Assembly: GCA_051362555.1 (NCBI GenBank)
Contig: CM120643.1
Span: 12,498,644 to 12,562,643, forward strand
From: Lingula anatina
Taxonomy: Eukaryota > Animalia > Brachiopoda
Direction: 5' to 3'
Length of the DNA stretch: 64,000 bases
Positions 22,938 through 33,449 of this stretch are shown here, piece after piece (position 1 is the stretch's first letter; every line of letters starts with the position of its first letter). The translations under genes and the position numbers were made by a program. The notes beneath the pieces were generated by a model that was not told the origin of the DNA, ran no database searches, and saw only the letters and a program-made list of their open reading frames with translations.

Positions 22938-24801
22938 CTGTGTGAGTCAGCATGTGAGTCTCCAGGAACCTCTGTGACAGAGCTGCATAGGGACAGAAAT
23001 CGCACTTGAAACACTTCTCTCCATCGTGGGTCTTCATGTGCAGCTTATAGGAGTAACGATCTGGGAACGACTTTGGGCACTTTTTGCAGGGCAGAGGCTT
23101 GTCGCTGGTGTGGAGTTTCTGCACATGTATTTTCAGATCGGTCTTCCGCCCACATGTTGTGGGACACAGTTCACATTGATAGATAGGCTTGCTACCAGAG
23201 TGAATTAGACGATGGGCCTTAAGACTGTTGCTCTGGGTGAACCGAGCATGACATATGTCGCACTCGTATGGTTTTTCTCCAGTGTGGATACGTAGATGGC
23301 GCTTCAGTTTGTAGGTGTCTGGGCTGGCATATGTGCAGTGGGGGCACTGATACGGTCTCTCTCCAGTGTGTGAGCGGATGTGCCGCTTCAGCTTGCTCAA
23401 CTCAACACTTGCATAGTCACATTCTGGACATTTGTGTGGCTTGATAAACGAATGCCTGTAGCGTACGTGGCGGACCAGTTCACCAGAAGTAGTAAAGGCT
23501 GCGTCGCATTCTTTACACTTGTGCGGTCTCACTCCAGTGTGGGTATTGATGTGGTTCTGCAAGGATGCTATGGTTTTGAATCCCCTCTCACAGATGCTGC
23601 ACTTGTGCGGACGCTCCTCGGAGTGAGAGCGCATGTGCCGCGTGAGGAGATAACGCTTGGGACTGGTGTAGTTACAGTAGTTGCACATCAGCACGCTGGT
23701 GGACTGCTGCCCCGGTTTTTTGGGTAAAATCTTGATCTTTCTCATCCCGTCACCGAGGTCTTCGCTCTCCTCCTCCTGGATCTCCCCGCCTTTGTCCTCC
23801 TTGAAGTCGTAGACGGACATGTCCTTGTTCTCCTCCCCTGGCTGGGACACTATCAACACATAACTGATCTCACCGCCCTGGTTGTTCTCAGAGGGGACAA
23901 TGGTGACGGTCTGGTAGGCATTCCCTGTGTTCAGCATGACAGAATTGGCATTAGCCTGCTGAGCACTGGAGGTGACAGGTGTGACATTGGTGGCAGCGGC
24001 GGGCTGGCTGTGTTGTCCAGATGTTACATCAGCTAACATCTGCAGGGACCCTGCCTGCGGGGCGTTAAGACTGGTGTTGTCTCCGCCAGGGGCACCCGAC
24101 ACTGGAATGATCTGTGGCTGAGAGGCATTAGCCGTGTTCTGTATAGCCACAAGCTGGGGAGTAACACTGGAATTTGTATTCCCCATTTCACCTGGAACTT
24201 GTATGGCATTGGCTGCCACAGACGCCAGAGCCTGGACAACAGAATCCGACACCAAGTTGTCTCCTTGGGACTGTCCCAAAGTTTGACCAGTCACTATATT
24301 TTGTGCTTGTTGAGCAGTGCCCAAAAGTGGCGAGCTCCCACTGGCCCCTGGCTGTTGTGAGACTGGGACAGTGACCACCCCCTGACCTCCTGCCCCAGCC
24401 TCCCCTGACACCTGGACTATCTGTGGTCCACCCTGACCTTGACCTTGCATTGGACCCCCTGCTGAGTTCCCAGCAGCCCCTGCAGCAGACTGGAAGTCAT
24501 AGCTAGTGAACCCTTGGAAATCTCCGCCTGCTTGTTGAAACTGTGTGCCCTGGGCGAAACCCCCTTGTTGCCCCTGGAAATAACTAACATTGACCTCTGT
24601 AGGGAATTGCTGGGACTGGTTGAATCCAGTACCCTGGAAGTTTTGGACAGAGAACCCTGCTGTATTCCCACTGCTCTGAGTAAAAGACTGGCCGGTGTGG
24701 TCTGATATCTCTTTGTTGAAGCTGGCTAGGTAGTTTTGAATGTCACTCAGGTTTGTTTGGCCCTGCTGGGCTGTTTGGCTGTCTGAGGCAGCAGGATCCA
24801 T
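22938..24801 (-). CDS. CTCF: CTCF coding exon 1 (N-terminal region, YDF motif, ZF1-ZF9)
   Basis: Diagnostic fingers FTTSGELVRHVRYRH, DYASVELSKLKRHIRSHTGERPYQC, YASPDTYKLKRH, ARFTQSNSLKAH; MSVYDF cohesin-binding motif. Acceptor at 24814-15, ATG 24801, G|gtaagg donor. Full CDS is 2898 nt (965 aa). Confidence 0.97.
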
Positions 24802-24883
24802 GATGTGAACACCCTGGAAAAGAATGACAATATTCATCATGGTTGTAAATGATACTACAGATATACAACATTCTGACCATTCC

Positions 24884-25117
24884 CAGGCCCCATCGTTCTA
24901 ACTGTGGATCGATCTATCTCAGGGAGGATTCTTGCTAAATTGCAATCAACTTAAGCACCTTAGATGTCTGTTAGGCTGTTCAGAGGTAATTAATTATTGT
25001 TTAGCGACTTCAGTAGGCGTGCCAGACATCTGAGCCTCTTAAGCTGAAAGACCTTTAGTGAGAAACCTCACAGAGATGGATCAATCCTGTTAGATCCAGC
25101 CAGGTGCAGGAACCCAG
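24884..25117. mobile_element. Palindromic MITE-like element, family C copy 2
   Basis: GGATCGATCTATCTCAGGGAGG..CTAAATTGCAATCAACTTAAG / CTTAAGCTGAAAG..TTTAGTGAGAAACCTCACAGAGATGGATCAATCC; similar to 10016-10240. Confidence 0.6.
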
Positions 25118-25768
25118 TCATTGACTGTCATTTCAACTTCACAACTGCAAAAGACTTCAAGAGTTCTGTGGATGAAATAAAACACGACAAATGTGTTTTT
25201 GTTATCAAACTTACATCAGATTACATTATAACTTCTTATAAATACTTTTTAAAAAATATTTACATCATTTTTAAACATTAATATCATAAATATGAAGATG
25301 TGATTTTTTTGGGGGGTGGGGGGGTTGTTTGCTTCTTGTTTTTCTTTAATATTTTCAATTTGCATATTCAACTAAAATTTATCTGCAGAAAAGTAAGCAC
25401 ATTTTTTGGTCAATGCATGAAGAGAACTTCATGCTAAACATAACCTTTGACTTTTTAGCATCAAATGGTTTCAACAACTTGATGAAAAATATCTCAAGCT
25501 TTTTGGCAACAACAAGTCTTAATTCACTGTGAGCTCAATTGCATGGCAACAATCCTTAATGGCTTATAGTTAGAGGTAAGAGTACCTGAGAACATCTAGT
25601 AAGAAATGAGACAGAAATATATCAAATGCCCATTTTTAGCTTAATGACCCCTTAAATGCATATCATTGTACAAAAGCAAGTGGTTTGAATACAGAACTAA
25701 ACACTGCAGATGTAGTGTAAAAAAAAGTCACTGTATGCATTCTTATAACATACAGACGAAATACAAAC

Positions 25769-25853
25769 CTTTACCAAAAGGTATCAATGTATGCTGTATT
25801 TAGTAGCTGGTAAATGCCCGTCAGTAATCATCTACTTCTTTGGTGATATCCAC
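25769..25853 (-). other. CTCF: Candidate CTCF 5' UTR exon
   Basis: Strong polypyrimidine tract plus ttatcag acceptor at 25854-55; donor at 25768 or 25774. Confidence 0.45.
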
Positions 25854-26689
25854 CTGATAAAATAAAAAGAAAAATAAGATACATCTAGATGGTATAGTTA
25901 CTTTAAGTTTTAAAGAGAAACGAAATGAAATAATTGTTTCCAAACAACTGAATATAATCAATATTTTTCAAAAGAGATTTTGTGGACTTGAATACAGGGA
26001 AAACAGAAGATCTACACGTGGAAAATGAAAATTAAAAGTCGATTAAAAAAATTTAGGTATATAGGTACATAAGTCTACTTAAAATTTTAGCAACCAAAAG
26101 GTTAAAGTTGCACAAATATGAGAGTGCAAAAAAAAAAAAAAAAAGGCTAAGGTTAAGATATTGAAGCAAGGCCCTTAAAAGCTGTTAAATAAATGGAATG
26201 TCTTGCAGAATATATCAGTTTTAATTTGCTTTTTAGATGACTACAGTAGTAAAGAGAAGTGTATACAAAATTTTCCAAATAGAATACTGAGGCCAAAGGA
26301 AATGTTCTCCACCACAAATCATATTTAAAACGTAACCTTAAATCCAGAGGTGGACAGTTATCCTGTGGATAATGTAACGTTTTCCAAGTGTTTGAAAAAT
26401 ATTTTCCTTTCTGATGTTGCTATACAGTGGTTAAAAATGGCCGTTTTCTTGAGGACAACTGTCTATATAGAATAACAATTTTATTCAGTGGATAGTGTTA
26501 TGCATAGGATAGCGCTATTCAGTGTTGATGAACCTGGGCCCTGGTTTAAAATTCTCTTTGAAATTTGACAAATAAGTGATATTTTTTCTGTCAAACTTTT
26601 AAAACCTACAAAAGCAATGTAGAAAGATTAAAATCTATTAATCTATTTGGCTTGTTATTATTTTGAGAAAATATTAATACCCATCACAG

Positions 26690-27480
26690 TCGCCCCAAAA
26701 CATCGTACAACGGGCGGCTTTCTCAATTCTGTTCACGAAGGCCGCCATCACGGCACCAGCCATTGTTGAATCAGCATAATTTATGCAACTTTTTATTTTC
26801 ATCAAATTCTGTTCATTTGTGGAGTAAAAGTACTTGATATATTTTGTTATGGGCTTAGCAGAAGCTCAGCACGAGATATTTGAAGGAAACTGACACTTGG
26901 AGCGCCCCAGTCTGCGGTCAATTCGAGCGCCACCTGGTTTAGAAGCAACGGTCACTTGTCAAGGATGGTCGGGAAGTCGAGCTCTCGGTTTCTTCATTTT
27001 TTTGCGCACAACGTCGCTCAAAATTACCTTATTCTTTGTTCTCGGGATGTAGACAAAGGCTTTGCTTTAACCGATTGCTAGCTAAGTGCCTACTTCACAA
27101 GGGAAATGAATATAGCTGCATGTTTTCTGTTCAATACTTCGTCGATTTCGCCGGGAAAAGGCACGAGAGACATTTAGACAATGGGCTGAATAACCGCTTA
27201 GAACTCACAAATATTGTTTGGTTTTGGCAGAATTTTTCTCATTTGTTATTACACATAACAAATTTGTAATGTTCTGCATCGTTTTTGTATGAAAACGTTT
27301 TTGTAAATATAATTGAAACTCACCTTTTTTATCTCGACACTTGAGGGCGTTGAAATCCAATATGGCGACCACGCTTTTGGTTTTTACCATGCGCATGCGC
27401 CACCTGGTGGATTGTGGGAAAATTGTCACACCTGTCGCAATGAACAAATGCGTTGTTTTGCCATTATAATACCAATAAAT
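26690..27480 (-). promoter_or_regulatory. CTCF: CTCF promoter / first exon region
   Basis: CpG-enriched. Donor AG|gtgagt at 27323 (alternative gtaatt at 27027); YY1-like CAATATGGCGAC 27358-27369; NRF1 TGCGCATGCGC 27390-27400; CTCF core CCACCAGGTGGCGC (minus strand) 27397-27410 and a second core at 26925-26940. Confidence 0.75.
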
Positions 27481-28563
27481 TCGTCCTGTATTACTAACAA
27501 GCCAAAGAATTGTATCTGGAAAAAAAAACAAACATTTTAACAGGTTATCTTCGGTATTTTTTTCTCACAAAGAAAGCCCAACATGACTTCACTATTTTGT
27601 AAGGGAACTCCTGTATGGAAAACCTATATATTACTTGTCCAATTTTTAATATTGATGTATACATTATTTTATCACATTATTAATTTTCATATTGTTTTTA
27701 CAACTTCTTTATGTATTTTCTATACGTATTCAACTTCTATACGTATTCAGGAAATTTTTTGACTAATCGACTTTTAAATTGATTTTACAAATTTTATAGT
27801 AATTGCATTTGTACACTGTAAGAAATTAGGCTGTTCTACTTATAATTTTTTTCCGTGTGCAAACAAGGCTGTTTTTTTTTTTCTTTATTTTGAATTGATT
27901 ATTTTTTCTTAACAAACATATTTTTGTTATGTAGTGTAAGTGTTTTTATATGAGAATCTGTATGTTTTATCTAGAATACTCTCAAATTTTTTTTGTAGTT
28001 AAGCTCTGTAATTTTTTATTTATCTATTCCTTATAATCGATTTCTTAAGTAACTGTTTCATGATATGTGAAGTCTTCTGAACATGTTATAATGGATTTAA
28101 ACTCAAAATAAATTTATTACTATAATTATTATTATTATTTCTATCTCATAACTTATTTTTGATTGGGTGTGGTGGGGTGGGATTGAGGCATAACTTTTAC
28201 CTTTGGTTCAGGCCAATTCATGCATGGCTCCTATATATAGTTTCATCATTAACCCTGTTCCTAGAGCACTGTCAATTCCTATTTTGTTCAATTTTCAAAG
28301 CTACATATGTATTTTCATCTTCATTTTCTAAATTTGGGGAATATACAAGTACACTTTCCAGGATAAATATGTGAGGCAATTTAAATTGAAATACTTGCAG
28401 GACACCCTTAATAGTGCTTTGTTTATTTTGAATAACCACAACAGGTATTTTACAATTGGAATTGTAACAGACTCTAAAAATTAATATAGCAGCTGTGAAT
28501 AGGCAAACTAATGGAGGGATAGAAGCTTCTTGTGATTTATAATTGGAAATGTGTATAGATTTC

Positions 28564-28843
28564 GGGGACATGTCGATAATCCCCCGCACGGACACTCCCC
28601 CACACCAATAATCCCTCTTAGTAAATTTTTGTGTATTATGCGCACCGATACGACCCCACACTGATAGATCCCCGCATCGATACATCCCCAGTAAAATTGC
28701 CGATGTAGGCACACCATTACTCCCACCACACGATTGCTTCCTCGCATCGATGTTGCAGGGGAGTATCGGTGTGGGGGGAGTATTGGTGCGAGGATGTACC
28801 GGTGTGGGGGAGTATTGGTGCGGGGACGTATAGGGATGTAACC
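28564..28843. mobile_element. Foldback/MULE-like MITE with 8-bp TSD
   Basis: Inverted arrays of CCCCRCACCRATA-type units, GG...CC termini, flanked by the direct repeat TAGATTTC (28556-28563 and 28844-28851). Confidence 0.85.
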
Positions 28844-28907
28844 TAGATTTCCATACATACAAAAAAAGTAGAAACAACAACAATGCATGATGTAGGTTTT
28901 AAATAAA

Positions 28908-28913
28908 TTTATT
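28908..28913 (-). terminator. Candidate SALL polyadenylation signal (AATAAA)
   Basis: AATAAA on the minus strand followed by a UG/U-rich element (TTGTTGTTTC, 28871-28880); would define a ~4.5 kb 3' UTR. Confidence 0.45.
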
Positions 28914-31900
28914 GTACCTTAAATAGATGAAGTGACAAAATGAAGATCCCATATAAGTTCTACACGGCTGTTAGTGGAAATGCTTACCTACTCATACAGT
29001 GACTACTTATGGCATGATACTGTTTCAGAATTATAAATAAAACTTGCTTTTAGTTAAAAAACATCTCACCCTCGCACCACATTTTTATATACAAAAATAA
29101 TGCAATACACTTTTAATGCAGTGAAAATCAAAGGTGAGATGTTTTTCTCTATATTAATATATATGTGTATATTCTTCATCGAATCCTGGGTTTGATTAGT
29201 TCTCAGACATTAATTACAAAAACGTTACAATGATACAATATTGTAATATAGCAGTGACACTGTTTAGACTGATGCACATTACAGCCACACATTACAAGCC
29301 TGCAGCCAACATGAATCAACAATATCAATTAAGACCTACTCGAATGAAGCTCTTTTCTACAGTTTTCAAACACTGCCAATAAACAGACAATGATTTGAGA
29401 GCAAGAGGTACACGCTTTGAATCTGGGCTCGGTATCTCGAAATAGAATAGGTTATGGAATCGAGACGCTTGCGTACGTGCACAACATAGCGAACCTTTCG
29501 AGATACGGAGCCCTGGTTGACAGAAACTTAAAAGTTGGGAACGTCTTCGCACCAGGTCCTAAATTTCAAAACTTGAATACTTTGCACTGTTTTGGCACTA
29601 CAAACATGATCATCTGATTATGCTCCACTGTGGCACATATCAAACTAGATTTCTATTCTAATCATATATGACACAGTTATTCCTGATCAGTTTCTACTGG
29701 GGTTCTACACAATTTTCAAGCTTAAGCTTAACCTAACTTACACAGCATATAAGTACCACACAAGCTTTCCACTGCTTGTCAATATGAAGATCTTCTCTCG
29801 AGTTTGATCTTTTTCTCTCCAAGAACAAAATATCTATTGCAACTCAACATCACAATCATTTGGAACATGTCATGAATTAAACACAAAAAAATAAAAACAA
29901 TGAGACTCCTAACTAAAAATCACCACATGCACTTATTAAATCTTATCTAAACAAGTGGCGCCTGGAATGAACAAAATTATGTAACAATGATTAATTACAT
30001 CACTACTATAATTAAATCTATGAGCACCACAAAATATGCAGTTGTCAATTCCAAGAAACAATTTTGGCAAAGGAAAAAAAAAATCATTCAAAAATTCATT
30101 CTGATTCAACTTTGGCAATGTTTATGCCAGTGTATAGTTTTCAACTGTGTGACTGCACCTGCTACAATAGGCCACAATAACATCACTGCTCTAGTACAAA
30201 GACAACACATCACACAATATCTATTCAAATATGCTAACCTACAATGTTGCAGTGGCATAGCAATGCAAGACTCCTCCTAAGCACCTGTATTGTGGACACT
30301 GACTTAATAAGTAATTTTCTTTTCAATCTATTACATCAAGACACACATTTCAATGTATCTGTATTAAAAGGGGAAAAAATGACCATATATAATGTTACCT
30401 TGAATGTCTTAATTCTAACACCTTTCTGTGAATCAACTTGTATCAACCTGCCCCAATCTTTGGTATAGTTTTCTGCATAGAGTCCAACTGAGCACAATCA
30501 GTAATCCATCTCCTCTAACACACTCCCACATCACCCCTGGGTGGAGGACTTGAATTATCTTACATTTGAACATAAAACAGCAATAATCTGCAAGTTCCTC
30601 CAACCCACCCTTAAGCTTTTAATGATACATAAAAGCAATTAATTTTCAAAGAAAAAAATAATACACAGAACTGATTTCCATCTCTATGAAATTGGAAAAC
30701 ACTAATTTTATGGCTAAATATTTAGAAGAGGTTGCTTATCAAATCACCTACAACAGTTTGCACAGCACTTATCGTGTAAAACATTTTGATTTATTTTCAA
30801 AATCTACCTCAAAACTCTACTTTTAAATAAATGTCAATGGTTTTGATTAATGGTCGGTGTAGCAAACTCAGAAACAATGTCCTCCTAGTCAAAAGGCGTC
30901 TGAACGTCTGCTCTGACAGCTACTTTATAGTTAATTGCGAAAGTCATCCAATATTTCTTTGCCCATTTTTTCTCATCCCATTATGTGCTTAGGTTTGAAA
31001 AATACAGCACCTGCATTAGACACTCCATTCCTCAAATGCTAATTCCGCCGAACATGCATGAATAGCTCCAATATAAAAGCATAAACCAGCATTTTATCAA
31101 ATGGGAGATATATTCCCCCAAAAGGCTCGCTTGGGAATCAAAGCGTGTGGATTAATATTCATAACTTGCATCCAAGGATATCGGATATCAGTTTCAACGA
31201 TTTGGGAAAAAATTTCTTTTGTTTTAGATCCCTTGATGAAGTGAGGCAAGTGCCTCCAAAAGTGTATCAAAATTCATCCCCATCTCTATATGCATTCACA
31301 ACCATGGCTTTGTACCATTTAGGAGGTAGGGGATGAATTCTGATCTCTTTACACCTGGGTTCATACATCACCTGTTCTGGCAAACATGGAAATTAAATAG
31401 AATTCAACTAATTCATTATCACAACTAGGCTCCTCCGGTAACAAAATGGCATGTGTCCTTACACGGTCCCTGCCACATAATGGCTGGATATTTTTAAAAA
31501 TTGGCTTAAATTCATCTGCAGCTACATATTGGTACACAATGAAGAACAAAAAAGAATTCTCCTTAATTTGTTATCACAACTTCGGATTTGAAGAACAGCT
31601 TATTGAATATATGCTGACATTATTGTATATAGAGTTTTGATTTTATAAACAGACATGAAATTCTTTCACAATGAATTCTAATCTAACAAATCAATTGCTT
31701 CAATTCCCCATAAAATATCATTCCTGCTGGGCAAAAAAACTTTGTCAAAAAAATCTTTGCTTGCCCAGTAACAGTGTAAATATAATATTGGAAAATGAAA
31801 AGAAAATCATCCTAGTTCATGTCAAGAAGAAAAAAAAAACTCACATACTTCCAATATTTTAACTTAATTCAAACAAGATTAAAATAGTACAAATATATAT

Positions 31901-33449
31901 CATTAAAAAACTATTAAAACAAGAATAAAATGGACTGTGTATCCACCCCTCATCTCACCCTCAGTCACATATATATATATATAGCTCTTGTTCCACAAAG
32001 ATTAAATTTAAGACAACTACTACTTGAGGAAGTGCAGACAACAGCAAACTAAAAATATCTGAAATTCTGTATCACAAAGAGAGCTTTCTGTAAAAAGTCA
32101 TAAGCAAACTATCAAATTCGGACAAATTGGTCATATGATCCAACATCATCGGTCATTTCCTGTGTACATAGTGATCACAAAAACATAGATGCCAACATCA
32201 ATTTTGGAAATTTCTGAAAACTGCTGGCACACTTAATGTGGTAGCTTTCTTTTTCTTTCATGCCAAATGAACCGTTTTCATCCTAGGAAGCGTGTCCTGC
32301 CAATCTTTGTAGCAAGAGAACATACACCCCAAATATATATTTTTAAGGATATATATACGTGGTATCTCTGAGAACATACCTCCACTTTGTTAACAAAAGC
32401 TTTTTTAAAAGGTATGTAGTCTCAATGCTGTCAACTTAGCTGTATTCAAAACGCGTTCATTGAAAGCTTTAACATTCAAGTCACTCCTACGATGGCATTT
32501 TAGACTTAGTTACTGATGTCTTCTGGAATGTCTTTCTAATTTGTGAGCAAAATTCCAACTTCTGCCTTGGAAGCTTCACTCAGACATCTGCTTTATGCAG
32601 AGGAAAATTAATTTCAGCAAAAAAAAAAAGCATTAATGTACAAACTTTGGCACAGTTATACTGCAGTTCTTTTTCTGTCTTGTGTATAAGATCTATGGAA
32701 TAAGTGATCGGATGATAAAGTACTAGTAGTGTAAATGCAAATATTCATGTGATAAATGCATTCAGTCATGCTGATTATAAACACAGGCGTTAAGTAGTAC
32801 AGTATGATCTTATCAAATTCTTTTCAGGTTTATGTGAAAATAACTTGGGAGGAATAGAAATTAATCTAACTTTCCAAAAGCGAAATATCTGAATGGAGAT
32901 CCCATGGCATTTTGATAAATTCTGGCAATGTTCAAATAATATGGTTTGAATTTTTTTCTTCTTTTTCCTTTTTAAGATGGCGGGGTCAGTTGAAGGTTGG
33001 ATACAAACACCAATCAAAAAACAGCTGTCATACAACGTTTTAGTTGTGTGTCTTAGGTAACGAAAGATTACAAAGAAAAAATATGGGAACTTAGTGATTC
33101 TCAAATTCCTCAGTCATACAAAGCCATTAAAGTAACTATCAACAATAATACTAATAACTATAATAAATGTTAGTAAGTATCAAGATTACGCCAAAATTCA
33201 CAATCAAATACTGTTTGATTTGGTAAATAATAATTAACAAGTTGAATATTGGATTATAGATAATACACCTTTATACAAACAAATTAAATATAAAGAAAGA
33301 ACATTCTTTATGGTCATAATACAGACTTCAATTCTCTTGTTGTCCAAACATTAAATTCTCCCGTTGTCTATACATTACCTTGCCATAAGTATGTCTTATA
33401 ATATAATATAATATGGTCCACAACATAAACATAATCAACGCTGCTTTAC

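Noticed and set aside
26340-26545. Fragment resembling a GGCCC-terminated MITE (GGATAGCGCTAT...GAACCTGGGCCCTG); a similar terminus occurs at ~61948
   Set aside because: Only one end is recognisable, so boundaries cannot be supported.
28564-28843. Repeat-spacer appearance suggestive of a CRISPR array
   Set aside because: Eukaryotic context, degenerate units in inverted orientation, a TSD is present, and there are no cas genes.
28272-28888. 203-aa and 126-aa ORFs with Pro-rich repeats
   Set aside because: Read through the foldback MITE arrays; no protein-family signal.
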